This document shows positions 9,727 to 20,204 of a DNA stretch of 64,000 nt, piece after piece. The stretch lies in assembly GCA_031414595.1 (NCBI GenBank), contig JANNVX010000114.1, positions 9,497 through 73,496 on the forward strand, read 5' to 3'. The number at the start of each line of letters is the position of its first letter. The stretch's first letter is position 1. This stretch comes from Deinococcales bacterium. GTDB taxonomy: Bacteria; Deinococcota; Deinococci; Deinococcales; JAAFIG01. The notes beneath the pieces are model-generated. The model was given only the letters and a program-made list of their open reading frames with translations, made no database searches and was not told where the DNA came from. The position numbers and the translations under genes were made by a program.

Positions 9727-10316
9727 GAATTGTTTTACTGGTTGAAGGTGGTGGTGATACGCCAGCTTTGCAAAGTGAGTGCCGTAAGGGTTTTCGGCTG
9801 CTGCTCGAGAAAGCTGGTTTTCTGGGGCGAATGCCAGAAATTGTAGCGTGTGGCTCGAGAAATCAGACCTTTAAGGATTTTAAGTCGGCATTGCAGGATT
9901 CCTCAGCATTGACAATGATGTTGGTGGACAGCGAAGACCCTGTGGTTTTGCTACCGTGGGCGCATTTGAAAACTCGAGATGGCTGGTTGCAACCTAATGA
10001 AACAACCGAAAATCAGGTGCAATTCATGACGACTTGTATGGAAACTTGGTTGGTAGCTGACCCAGAGGCATTAAAAAGTTTTTTTGGTGATGGTTTTAAG
10101 GTAGGTAAATTATTGCCTATTACCAATTTGGAATCCCGTCCTCGAGATAAAGTTCAGGATGCTCTGGCAGATGCAACTAAAGATTGTGGTCGGGCTAGAA
10201 AGTATCAAAAAGGTAGGCGTTCGTTTCAGGCACTTGCCAAACTCAACCCTAGTGTGTTGATACAATTAAAGTATTTTAAGCGCTTGGTAGATGAGCTACA
10301 GGCTTTGCATTCATAG
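9723..10316 (+). CDS. DUF4276-like (TOPRIM/RloB-like) protein, partner of the ATPase
   Basis: GTGA overlap with the ATPase stop; LVEGGGD, LVDSE, METWLVAD, Y.KG motifs. Confidence 0.7.
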   Translation: MRIVLLVEGGGDTPALQSECRKGFRLLLEKAGFLGRMPEIVACGSRNQTFKDFKSALQDSSALTMMLVDSEDPVVLLPWAHLKTRDGWLQPNETTENQVQFMTTCMETWLVADPEALKSFFGDGFKVGKLLPITNLESRPRDKVQDALADATKDCGRARKYQKGRRSFQALAKLNPSVLIQLKYFKRLVDELQALHS

Positions 10317-10400
10317 TAGACAGCAAGTAACTTTACTCTATCAATGTGTTTATACCGCCACCTAATTTTGTTGATTTTTTACACCAAACCACTGTGAATT

Positions 10401-13400
10401 TTATCCCATCACAACCCGAACATGGTGTGACAATCCATCTTTTAATAAATCAATACTCGAGTGCATTACGCCGTCAATCTCGATGGACTTCACCCCTTTT
10501 GATACACCATTTGGGTTTTCGACTTTGATGGTGTACACAGAATTATGGTACTTAAAAGTAATCTGATACTCTGCCCAATTCGTGGGAATACACGGGTCTA
10601 GCTCGAGCCGATTGCCACGCAACTTAAAACCCAGAATTGACTCGAGTCCAGCGCGGTAGAGCCAGCCACTCGAGCCAGTGTACCAAGTCCAACCACCACG
10701 CCCGATGTGTGGGTTTTTGGCATAAACATCGGCGGAAAGGACATACGGTTCGACTTTATATTGGTTGACTTTGGCAAGGTTACTGCTGTGAGAAATTGGG
10801 TTCAGTAAATCAAATAAAGCTGCTGATTTATTGCCCTTGCCAAGCATCGCAAACGCCACAATTGACCAAATAGCAGCGTGGGTGTACTGCCCACCATTTT
10901 CACGCACACCCGGCACATAGCCTTTAATATACCCGGGGTCAAGGGTTGTGTTTTCAAATGGCGGCGTAAACAGTAAAATCAGTTGGTCAGCACGTTTAAT
11001 CAGGTGCTGCTCGAGCGAATTCATGGCTTGGGTGGCTCGAGAGTTTTCGGCTGCCCCTGAAATAACCGCCCAAGTCTGGGCAATCGAATCTATTTGGCAT
11101 TCATCATTTTGGCTTGAACCGAGTGCTGTGCCATCATCAAAAAAGGCACGTTTGTACCATTGTCCATCCCAGCCGTGGGTCTCGAGGGCTTGCTGTAAGG
11201 TTTGGGCGTGGTTGTGCCAGATTTGCGCCCGTTCGGGTTCTTGGCGAGTTAAAGCAAGTTTTGCCCATGCAATTAAGTTGGTATACAAAAACCAGCCCAA
11301 CCAAACACTTTCGCCTTTTCCGTGCTGACCAACGCGGTTCATACCATCGTTCCAGTCGCCTGAACCAATCAGGGGCAAGCCGTGAATGCCAACCGCAAGG
11401 CTTTTATCAAGCGCTCGAGCACCATGTTCAAACAACGAGGCAGACAATGCCGAAACATTCGGGGTGAAGTAGGCATCTTCTTGGTCTGGCTCGAGCAGTA
11501 TTCCTTCTATAAAGGCAACCGGTTCATCTAACACTTCAGCATCACCTGAAATCTCGAGATAGTGGCTAATCGCATATGGCAACCAAATCAAGTCATCCGA
11601 GATTCTGGTTCGCACCCCGCGTCCAACTGGCGGATGCCACCAATGTTGGACATCGCCCTCAAGAAATTGTCGGCTGGCAGATAATAAAATCTGCTTTCTT
11701 GCCAGTTCGGGTTTGATACTTGCCATTGCCATGGTGTCTTGGAGTTGGTCACGGAAACCATATGCACCACCCGCTTGGTAAAAACCTGTACGCGCCAGAA
11801 TTCTCGAGGAGAGTGTTTGGTATGGCAACCAACGATTAAGCATGATGTCCATCGCTCGGTTTGGGGTTTGGACTTGGATGGTGGTTAGGGTTTGATGCCA
11901 ATGGTTTTTTGTTGATTCGAGAATTTGATTTATATCGGTGTTGCGGTAAAATTTGATCAGGTCTTGGGCTTGGGTTACTGATTCGGTTTGCCCGAGTAAA
12001 AAAATCACTTCAATTTTTGCACCAGCCGCTAATTCAAGGGTGGTTTGCATCGCGGCGCACGAATCAAACCCAGCCCCGATTTTGCCACTGAGTTTGGTTT
12101 TGCTTTGCAGTGAAGCAGGCGACTCGAGCTTGCCATACTGTCCAATAAATTCTAAACGGTCACAGGTAAAACGGGCATCTTTACCCGCTTGCCACTGCAC
12201 AATTAAATCGGTAAAAGCTACTTTTTTGCTGTTTTCAGAGTTCCAATGGTTACGGGCAAAAATCGCTTTGGTCAGAGGGTCTTGTTCGGTGATAATATAC
12301 GCCGATTTATTTGCGCCTAGTACCCACTCGAGGTAGGCAGTCACAGATAATTTACGGGTTTTACCAGAGCGGTTTTCAATGCTTAAACGCGAGATTTTTA
12401 CAGGGTCGTCAGCCGCCACAAATTGGCTTAGCTCGAGTTGTAAACCATGTGTGGCATGGCTAAAATGGCTATAACCTTGTCCGTGACAAATGGTGTATGG
12501 GCTGGATTCCCGAATCGGGGATGGGGTAGCCGTAAATAAAGCCAAAGTCTCTTCATCACGGATGTAAAGAATTTCTGAAATTGGGTCGGTCACGGGGTCG
12601 TTAGACCAAGGGGTGAGTTTATTTTCACGGCTGTTTTCTGCCCATGTATAACCAGCCCCCGATTCGGAGACTGTAAAACCTAGTTTTTGGTTGGCAATCA
12701 CGTTAATCCACGGGGCTGGGGTGGACTGTCCAGCCTCTAAAAAGATTTGGTACTCGAGTCCGTTGTGGGCAAAACCACCTAAGCCATTAAAAAACTCGAG
12801 GTTAGGACGGTTTAGTGTTAAAGGTGGATTATGTTTTGCAAGACTGGTTGGCGGTTTTTGTGGCAGCACTGATCGGATGGTGCGGCTGCGAATCACTTGT
12901 TCGGTCAGCGTGCCTTGTTGACTGAGCAGCATGGCTCGAGCCGTGCTTTGCAGTAAATCCTGTTCGGCACTTAAAAGTAAATCGGCACGCAGCGTAAAAA
13001 CACGCCCTTGGCTTTGGTCTTCGGTTTGCGGGCTGGTAGAACGCAACAAATGCACAATTGCTTCTTGCAGTTCCAGTTTATACGAGGTCGGCTGTTGGTT
13101 GAGGATAACCACATCCACCTTTAAGCATTTGCTGCGCCAGTATTCGTGCGCTCGCAGGATTTGACGGACAATCTCGAGGTCGGCAAGGTCGTTTATTCGC
13201 AGTAGCAGCATCGGTAAATCGCCCGAGATACCATGCCGCCATAAACCAGACTGTCCAAGGGTGTTGCGTTCTAAGACAGCACTCGAGGCTTGCATTTCGG
13301 GGCTTTGGTACAATAATTGGGTAGCAAGTCTTTGGAAAATATGGGCTTCGTCGGGACTGATTCCCAAATGATGCAATTGCACCTGAGCGCGAGTCCATGC

Positions 13401-16400
13401 CAGCGTCAAACCCCGTTCAAAAGCATCTGGGTCATTGTAACGGTCGGCTAAGTCCAGTGCAGCTTGGCGACTCGGGGCAATCATGGTTGCAAAAGTGACT
13501 CGAGCCGTTGCACCAGCCGGCAAGCCAATGGTTTGGCGGAGACTAAAAATCGGGTCTAGCACTGCACCAACTGTGCCAGACAAGGGTCTGCCAGCCGTTA
13601 TTGCCACTGGATTTTTAAGGCTCTGGTTGCGTCCGATAAAACGCGCTCGGTCGGTTTCAAATTGTAGTGCGGGTTGCGTCTCGAGAACTGTACCCTCGAG
13701 CCGAATGCTTTCAATAACTGCGGTGTGGGCTGCCCAGTAGACTGGTTCTTCGGGTGAACGCGGACGACGGGTTGCCAGTAATACCCCAAGGCTCGGTTCA
13801 AATTCGGTTTGTACAAATAGCTTGGCAAAGGCTGGATGGGCAAGGTCGGCGGCAGCCGAAGTCAAGACAATTTCGGCATACGAAGTCAGTTCAAGTTCAC
13901 GGCTAACTAAACCATGATTAGTAATCGTCACACGGCGCATTTCGGCATCGTCTTCAGGCGAAACCAAGACCTCGAGCTTAGTGGTAAAAACCCCATCTCG
14001 GCGATTAAATTCGGCACGGTCTTCAAAAAATTTAACCACCAAATCGCTTGGGTTTAAGCCAAGTGGCTGTGGCGTGACTGACCAGATTTGTTCAGGCTGT
14101 GCGGTCGGTAAAACGCGCACATAAATATAACTGCCTTGGTTATCTAGGGTGCTATCTTGTACATGACGGGTAATGGCAAGATTGTTAAAATGGCTGTAGC
14201 CAGAGCCAACCCCACTGAGCATGACGCTGTAACGCCCATTGGATAAAACATGAGTCTGCCCTACAGCTTCGCGCAGCCCATTCAAACGGCGCTCACTTGG
14301 GCTGTCGGTGGTCTCGAGTGTCCGCGCTGCCAGCACCTCCTCGGCTCGAGGTCGCGCCACCAAAGCCGCCCTTGGGGTACGTTCTTGAAGCAGCAATTCG
14401 GCAGATTGGACTCGAGTATCCGAATGAAAACGAGTCGTCATCAGGTCATTCAGTAGCACATTGGCAAAAGCCACCAAAGACATCCCCTGATGGTGCGCCA
14501 TATAATTGCGGACAACCACAAAACGAGCCGTGATTGGCAAGTTATCTGGCAAGCGTAAAGTCGTAAAGTCGAGGGCATCATAAAAACCATATTGACCACT
14601 ACCACCCATTTTCTCGAGCCGTAAAAGGTTTTGGGTGGCTGCCACAGGGTCAATCATCGCGGCTAAAGCGGTGGCATAGGGCGCAATTACCAAGTCATCG
14701 CTCAATCCCCGTTTTAAGCCCAGACCCGGCACACCAAATGCCAAATACTGATAATCAAGGCTTAAATCCCGAGCCGCAAATGCCGATTCAGAAATCCCCC
14801 ACGGGATGCGCTGAGGTGGCGCACTACGTGAATTGGCATAGGCAATCTGAGCTTGAACCACCAAATGCGAAGTTTCCTCGAGTAAACTGCCCGGTGGTGA
14901 GCGCATCACCAGCCGAGGCATCAAGTATTCAAACATCGAACCAGTCCAAGAAATGAGTGCCGTACCCCGACCCACTGGGGTTAATTCACGCCCAAGATGA
15001 AACCAATGGGCAGTCAGGACTTCGTTCTTGGCAATTGCAATAAAACTGGTTAAACGAGCCTCAGAAGCCAGTAAATCATAAAAACTTGGGTCGAGGCGCT
15101 GATTGCTGACATCAAAGCCAATTGAAAAAAGTTTTTTTTGTGGGTCAAATAAAAAACCAAAATCCATAGCCACAAATAAGCGTTCGGCTCGGGTTGCCAA
15201 TTGCTCAAACCTCGGCTCGAGTTCAGATGCTAAATCGCGTTGATGGCTGTGCAAAGTGGCACGGATGGCGTGAATCCAGTACAGCAGTTCGGGGTTAGCA
15301 TCTGTATCAGACAAGTTTTTGGTTAATCCTAGAAGTTCTTCAAAACGAATTTCCCAGCTTGTCAAATCTGTGGGCATAACATGCAAAGCCTGCTCGAGAG
15401 TTTCGAGGGCAGTTTCTAATTGCTTGGTAACTTGTGGTAATTTCAACAGCACCACTCGAGCCAAATGCAGTGCATCAGACACCCCAAGTAAGGTTGCCGT
15501 TCCAAAAAGTGCTTGATGCTTAAAGCCCAAACAGGCTGCCTTAAAAGCAATTAGATGACCTGCCAAATTGCCACTGTCTACCGTGGACACATAACGTGGC
15601 TCGAGCGGTTGGAGTGTTCGGGTATCGTACCAATTGAGTAAATGCCCATGGTGGGTTTGCAGTTGTTCAATCGCATCAAAAGCCATTTCACAACGCTCTA
15701 TAGTCTCGAGTCTGCCAATCCAAGCAAAGTCATGTGCCGAAACCGTAGCCAGTAGTGCCAAGCCGATGTTGGTCGGAGAAGTACGGTGAGCAACTAAAGG
15801 CAGCGGTATTTCTTGAAAATTATCGGGTGGCAAAAAGTGGTCTTCTACACCAACAAAACGCTCAAAGAAGCGCCAAGTACGCCGTGCCATCAAACGCAGG
15901 GTTTGTTTGTGGTCTTGGGTCAGTACCTCGAGATTCTGCCGTGGGCGATAGAGGCTTGCCCAACGTGCCACCACCGGCGAGAACCCCCACAGCAGCCCAA
16001 ACGCTAAAGCCAAGGGCAGCGAAGAGGGTTGGAACAACCACACCAGAATAATCATCAGCCCAGCGAAAATCGGTGCCGCCAGCATTTGCTGATAAAAACT
16101 GCTTAAGGCAAGATTTGCCCCTGCTTGGGCTTGGGCAGCCGTTCGCCACTCGAGCAGATGCTGCTTGGTGATAAACAATCGCCCAAGGGTACGAAAAATG
16201 GCATCCAGCATGGTAAAGGACTGGTCGGCAAGAAAAGTTATGGTCAGGGCAAATTGTGCCAAGCCCAAAGAAATCTGCTCGAGCAGTGCCAAACCATAAC
16301 TGCGCCATGAAATTTTAGCCCGAAAAGACAGTAAAGCCGTAAAAAACGGCAATAACATCGGCAACAGTAGCAGCAAAGCCACAAAACCAGTCCAGGCATA

Positions 16401-18863
16401 AGCACTTTCGAGCCATAACCAGCCCATGATTAAAGACAAAACCAATGCCACTGGCGATAAACTGCGCCGCAAGTTATCGAGCATTTTCCAGCGTCCAATT
16501 AAAGAAATCCTTGCTCGAGCAGAAAAAATCCACGGTAACAACTGCCAATCGCCACGCACCCAACGGTGTTGCCTTGCCGAACGGACACCATAATGCGAAG
16601 GGTATTCCTCGACCAGTTCAACATCGCTTAAAAGCCCGGCTCGAGCAAATAAACCCTCAAATAAATCATGACTGAGCATCGAGGCTTCTGGGATACGCTG
16701 CTGCAAAGCGGTTTCAAAAGCATCAAGGTCGTAGATACCCTTACCGGCATAACTGCCTTCGTTAAATAAATCTTGGTAGACATCGGAAACTGCACTGGCA
16801 TAGGGATCCATACCAGCTTGGCTCGAGAAGACTTGTTGAAAGACTGTGGCTTGGTGTTGGCTTGGCAGCGACAAGGTAATCCGTGGTTGTAATACTGCGT
16901 AGCCTTCAACCACACGGTTACTCGAGTCAAAACGCGGACGGTTAAGTGGATGCGCCATCGCCCCCACCAAACGCCTCACTGCCCCGCGTGGCAATTGTGT
17001 ATCGGCATCGAGGGTGATGATAAAACGCACATCTTTTGGTAACTCGAGTATCGCAGCTTTGGTCAAGACAAAACTGGTGTCAAGCGCACCACGCAGCAAA
17101 CGATTAAATTCATGTAACTTACCGCGTTTGCGCTCCCAACCCATAAAAGTTTTTTCGCTGCGGCTTTCTAAGCGTTGCCGATAAAAAAATAAGAATCGCG
17201 CACCTGCGTATCGTAAATTTAACTGCTCGACCGCCACATACGCCACTTTTAGAAGTGAAGCATCAAGTGGCATGGTGGCTGCTTGGGCATCGGTGAAATC
17301 ACCAAGAATCGCAAACAACAAGTCGCCACTCGAGTTGGCTAGATAGCGCACTTCTAAACGCTCAAATTCCTCGAGAATCGCAGTTTTTGAAGTCAGTAAA
17401 GTTGGAATCACAATCATCGTGCGTAAGGCACTTGGAATCCCCTCTTTTAGCTCGAGTTTCGCCAAGGTACGCGGTGCAAAAGTTCTGATGGCATACTGAT
17501 TGACCAAAGAAATCGCCAAATCAAGGGCTGGAATAAAAATAAGTACCAGTAAAAGTATTTGCTCGAATAAACCAATTTGCTTGGTTAGCGTTAAAAAACC
17601 AAGGGCTAGAACCAACAAACCCACCAAGCCAATTGTGCCAAGGTAGCCCCAGAGGGCGGCGGCTCGAAAACCACGCCAGAACCATTTGAAGACTCCAACT
17701 TGAAAACCAACTGCATTTTCTAAAGTTGGTCGTCCGCCCGAAATCAGGTAATAACCAACGTCGGCTGTCCGCACATCAGAGGCTTGGTTTTTTTTTGCCT
17801 CGGCTGCCAACCCCACTGCGATGCCCGCAATTTCAATTTCGGAATGCTTTGAACCTCGAGCCAATTCTTCTATCGCATGACGATACCTATCCCGAGTGGC
17901 GAAATCCGATGGTGCAAAACCAGAATCTTGAAGTAAGACCACATCCACAGCACTGACCGATTCAAAAAAAACTGCCCAATCCACCAATGAAATCAGGCGC
18001 ATACTGGTGATGATATTTCGCACCGTGACATTTGCCGAGGCTTGCAACACATATTCTTCGGCAACCGCTTGTTCCGAAGTTGTGCCTTGGGCAGCTAAAC
18101 GCAACTCGAGAAGCTGCATAATCTGAAAAGCCACTTCTTCGCGTTCACGCATCCTTTGGGTTAATTGGACCACAAATGCCCGCGCTAAACTCTGGCGCTG
18201 CAAACGCTTTTTCATGGCTTCCAACGGCACTTTTTGCCGACCATTTAAGCCCAGTAAATCGTCGGCAAAATTATCGGCGGCTTCTCTGGCTTGACGGGCT
18301 TCTAAAACACGTTTCGAGATTCGTCGCAGGTTCTCGATTAAAACAATCCGCAAGGTAATCGGTAAAGCCCAGAGTTCTCCTATCTCGAGGGTCTGTTTTT
18401 TTTGGAACGCCAGTACAAAGCGGCTTAGCGTCTCAGCTTCAAAATGACTGTCGGTATGCGCTACAAAAGCCCATGCCAAACCAAAAACCCGAGGAAAAAA
18501 TTGTAAATGACCACTGGCAAGCTTAGGTAAACGCCGATAAAAACCCGCCGGTAAATCCTGGGTAATCTGGCGCAGTTGCTCATCTATCAGGTAATAATTG
18601 TCCACCAACCACTCGGCAGCAGGCGTGATGGAGCGCCCCGCTTTGATGGCTGCCACCATTGCCTTGTAAGAAGTCAGCAGCACGGCTGCATTATCAGCCA
18701 CCCGCCTAGAAATGCCACGTCCAAAAGACGGATTCTTTGCTAAGATTTGTTCGTCCGCCAAAGAAGCAGCCACTTGCTCGAGTCGCTCGAGATTAAAAAT
18801 TGCCCCACGAATCGGTTCATCTAAACCATCGGGCGAAGCGGCATCAAAAGGTAGAGCAATCAT
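10401..18863 (-). CDS. ndvB: Cyclic beta-1,2-glucan synthase / GH94 phosphorylase (NdvB/Cgs/ChvB-like), 2820 aa
   Basis: EWLVDNYY, GWERKRGK, TLDADT, GKGIYD, LSHDLFEG, RWVRGDWQ, DLLASEARL, PWGISES, GFRDQLQD, GDWNDG, ENGGQYTH, WTWYTGS. Confidence 0.92.
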   Translation of the reverse strand: MIALPFDAASPDGLDEPIRGAIFNLERLEQVAASLADEQILAKNPSFGRGISRRVADNAAVLLTSYKAMVAAIKAGRSITPAAEWLVDNYYLIDEQLRQITQDLPAGFYRRLPKLASGHLQFFPRVFGLAWAFVAHTDSHFEAETLSRFVLAFQKKQTLEIGELWALPITLRIVLIENLRRISKRVLEARQAREAADNFADDLLGLNGRQKVPLEAMKKRLQRQSLARAFVVQLTQRMREREEVAFQIMQLLELRLAAQGTTSEQAVAEEYVLQASANVTVRNIITSMRLISLVDWAVFFESVSAVDVVLLQDSGFAPSDFATRDRYRHAIEELARGSKHSEIEIAGIAVGLAAEAKKNQASDVRTADVGYYLISGGRPTLENAVGFQVGVFKWFWRGFRAAALWGYLGTIGLVGLLVLALGFLTLTKQIGLFEQILLLVLIFIPALDLAISLVNQYAIRTFAPRTLAKLELKEGIPSALRTMIVIPTLLTSKTAILEEFERLEVRYLANSSGDLLFAILGDFTDAQAATMPLDASLLKVAYVAVEQLNLRYAGARFLFFYRQRLESRSEKTFMGWERKRGKLHEFNRLLRGALDTSFVLTKAAILELPKDVRFIITLDADTQLPRGAVRRLVGAMAHPLNRPRFDSSNRVVEGYAVLQPRITLSLPSQHQATVFQQVFSSQAGMDPYASAVSDVYQDLFNEGSYAGKGIYDLDAFETALQQRIPEASMLSHDLFEGLFARAGLLSDVELVEEYPSHYGVRSARQHRWVRGDWQLLPWIFSARARISLIGRWKMLDNLRRSLSPVALVLSLIMGWLWLESAYAWTGFVALLLLLPMLLPFFTALLSFRAKISWRSYGLALLEQISLGLAQFALTITFLADQSFTMLDAIFRTLGRLFITKQHLLEWRTAAQAQAGANLALSSFYQQMLAAPIFAGLMIILVWLFQPSSLPLALAFGLLWGFSPVVARWASLYRPRQNLEVLTQDHKQTLRLMARRTWRFFERFVGVEDHFLPPDNFQEIPLPLVAHRTSPTNIGLALLATVSAHDFAWIGRLETIERCEMAFDAIEQLQTHHGHLLNWYDTRTLQPLEPRYVSTVDSGNLAGHLIAFKAACLGFKHQALFGTATLLGVSDALHLARVVLLKLPQVTKQLETALETLEQALHVMPTDLTSWEIRFEELLGLTKNLSDTDANPELLYWIHAIRATLHSHQRDLASELEPRFEQLATRAERLFVAMDFGFLFDPQKKLFSIGFDVSNQRLDPSFYDLLASEARLTSFIAIAKNEVLTAHWFHLGRELTPVGRGTALISWTGSMFEYLMPRLVMRSPPGSLLEETSHLVVQAQIAYANSRSAPPQRIPWGISESAFAARDLSLDYQYLAFGVPGLGLKRGLSDDLVIAPYATALAAMIDPVAATQNLLRLEKMGGSGQYGFYDALDFTTLRLPDNLPITARFVVVRNYMAHHQGMSLVAFANVLLNDLMTTRFHSDTRVQSAELLLQERTPRAALVARPRAEEVLAARTLETTDSPSERRLNGLREAVGQTHVLSNGRYSVMLSGVGSGYSHFNNLAITRHVQDSTLDNQGSYIYVRVLPTAQPEQIWSVTPQPLGLNPSDLVVKFFEDRAEFNRRDGVFTTKLEVLVSPEDDAEMRRVTITNHGLVSRELELTSYAEIVLTSAAADLAHPAFAKLFVQTEFEPSLGVLLATRRPRSPEEPVYWAAHTAVIESIRLEGTVLETQPALQFETDRARFIGRNQSLKNPVAITAGRPLSGTVGAVLDPIFSLRQTIGLPAGATARVTFATMIAPSRQAALDLADRYNDPDAFERGLTLAWTRAQVQLHHLGISPDEAHIFQRLATQLLYQSPEMQASSAVLERNTLGQSGLWRHGISGDLPMLLLRINDLADLEIVRQILRAHEYWRSKCLKVDVVILNQQPTSYKLELQEAIVHLLRSTSPQTEDQSQGRVFTLRADLLLSAEQDLLQSTARAMLLSQQGTLTEQVIRSRTIRSVLPQKPPTSLAKHNPPLTLNRPNLEFFNGLGGFAHNGLEYQIFLEAGQSTPAPWINVIANQKLGFTVSESGAGYTWAENSRENKLTPWSNDPVTDPISEILYIRDEETLALFTATPSPIRESSPYTICHGQGYSHFSHATHGLQLELSQFVAADDPVKISRLSIENRSGKTRKLSVTAYLEWVLGANKSAYIITEQDPLTKAIFARNHWNSENSKKVAFTDLIVQWQAGKDARFTCDRLEFIGQYGKLESPASLQSKTKLSGKIGAGFDSCAAMQTTLELAAGAKIEVIFLLGQTESVTQAQDLIKFYRNTDINQILESTKNHWHQTLTTIQVQTPNRAMDIMLNRWLPYQTLSSRILARTGFYQAGGAYGFRDQLQDTMAMASIKPELARKQILLSASRQFLEGDVQHWWHPPVGRGVRTRISDDLIWLPYAISHYLEISGDAEVLDEPVAFIEGILLEPDQEDAYFTPNVSALSASLFEHGARALDKSLAVGIHGLPLIGSGDWNDGMNRVGQHGKGESVWLGWFLYTNLIAWAKLALTRQEPERAQIWHNHAQTLQQALETHGWDGQWYKRAFFDDGTALGSSQNDECQIDSIAQTWAVISGAAENSRATQAMNSLEQHLIKRADQLILLFTPPFENTTLDPGYIKGYVPGVRENGGQYTHAAIWSIVAFAMLGKGNKSAALFDLLNPISHSSNLAKVNQYKVEPYVLSADVYAKNPHIGRGGWTWYTGSSGWLYRAGLESILGFKLRGNRLELDPCIPTNWAEYQITFKYHNSVYTIKVENPNGVSKGVKSIEIDGVMHSSIDLLKDGLSHHVRVVMG

Positions 18864-18869
18864 GGCTGT

Positions 18870-18912
18870 AGTCTGAGCTTTGAAACTGTCTCCAAACTGA
18901 AGGTAAACTAAA
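18870..18912 (-). promoter_or_regulatory. TTCAG-type 11-bp-period array plus -10, leaderless ndvB promoter
   Basis: Minus strand: TTTAG-N6-TTCAG-N6-GACAG-N10-CAGACT-N6-ATG. Confidence 0.55.
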
Positions 18913-18934
18913 GTACAGACTTGAGATTTAGAAT

Positions 18935-20143
18935 TTACTGGGTAGGCTCGAGCGTTACTGGCTCGAGTGGCACAGGCTCAAGTGTTACTGGTTCGAGTGG
19001 CACAGGCTCGAGCGACACATCTAAGACCGCCGCAATGTCTTGTTCTGAAACCAGAGCGTTAGCAATGTTAGGTAAGTAAATCTCTTCGTAAATCGCTTTG
19101 ACAATAATCACCATCGGGACAGCCAAAAACGTACCAATAAAACCCATTAACGAACTAAACACCGAAACACTAATGATAATAGAAAGCGGCTGCAACTGCG
19201 TGGTACGCCGAAAAATATAGGGGCTAAAAAAATAGCCATCCAACTGCTGAAGTAAAACAGGAATAATCATTGCCCACAATAAAGCCGTCCATTGACCATT
19301 GGCAGCCGCAAACAGCATTGCCGGCAGCATCCCAACCAATGGTCCAATGACCGGAACTAAGTTGCAAACAGCATAAATTGCGCCGAACAACAATGCGTCC
19401 TGAAATCCAACCAGCGCCAAACCAACTGTTACCAAAACGCCTAACAACACCGAAATTGTTAAGGCAGCCACCAACCAAAGACTGAGTTGACGACCTAACC
19501 TTGATAACAAACGCTCAAAAGTGGAACGCATTGAACCAGGAATAGCACTGAGTAAACCCCGAACCACAGGCTGAGGATTAACCAATAAAAAGATGATCAT
19601 GGTAAGCAGTAAAAATAGCGAGGCAATCACACCAATCAGACCAGTAGCAGCATTGGAAACACCAAACATCAAAGCATTACTGCTCGAGCCAAGTAAAGCA
19701 CTAAGACTGGTTTTACCAGAGACCAAATCCGCCACTCCAGGAAACTGCATCAGCCACGGCAAGGACTCATTTAAGCGACCAAGCATATTTGGTACACCAA
19801 CCACAAAACGAGTACCCTGCACATAAAGTAACGGGGCAATCAAAATTACACCACCACCAATAAAGCCCATAACCAACAACACCACCACAACCGCACTCAA
19901 ACTCCGTGGTACACGGTGTACCTCGAGCCACATCACCAAGGGATTAAGCGCCAACGCCAGCACACTTGCTACCAACAACAATAACAAAGACCCAGCCGCC
20001 GCCGATGCCCACGACCCCAGCAGCAAAACCCCTAGGATTACCCCAGCCACAATCAGCAGTGTCCGCAGCAGTGCCGCTTGTTTCAAAGAAATCCAAGCCC
20101 CCTCGGTTTTGTCTCGAGTCTGTTTTTGAATAGAATTTGACAT
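18935..20143 (-). CDS. AI-2E family (PerM/YhhT) transporter
   Basis: LALALNPLV.WLE, NLVPVIGP, QQLDG..FSP, GTFLAVP; C-terminal (LEPV[PT])n tail. Confidence 0.88.
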   Translation of the reverse strand: MSNSIQKQTRDKTEGAWISLKQAALLRTLLIVAGVILGVLLLGSWASAAAGSLLLLLVASVLALALNPLVMWLEVHRVPRSLSAVVVVLLVMGFIGGGVILIAPLLYVQGTRFVVGVPNMLGRLNESLPWLMQFPGVADLVSGKTSLSALLGSSSNALMFGVSNAATGLIGVIASLFLLLTMIIFLLVNPQPVVRGLLSAIPGSMRSTFERLLSRLGRQLSLWLVAALTISVLLGVLVTVGLALVGFQDALLFGAIYAVCNLVPVIGPLVGMLPAMLFAAANGQWTALLWAMIIPVLLQQLDGYFFSPYIFRRTTQLQPLSIIISVSVFSSLMGFIGTFLAVPMVIIVKAIYEEIYLPNIANALVSEQDIAAVLDVSLEPVPLEPVTLEPVPLEPVTLEPTQ

Positions 20144-20150
20144 CAAACTG

Positions 20151-20204
20151 ATTCTTACAAACCAAGCTGTTAGCCTGACTTGGCATGGCTGAACTAGGGC
20201 TGAA
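20151..20204 (-). promoter_or_regulatory. TTCAG-type array upstream of the AI-2E gene
   Basis: Plus-strand CTGAA at 20189 and 20200 and CTGTT at 20167 (11-bp grid); on the minus strand followed by N10-AAGAAT-N7-ATG. Confidence 0.5.

Noticed and set aside
10948-18358. Many 60-150 aa ORFs within ndvB
   Set aside because: Antisense or alternate-frame shadows of one uninterrupted 2820-aa gene; no RBS or family motifs
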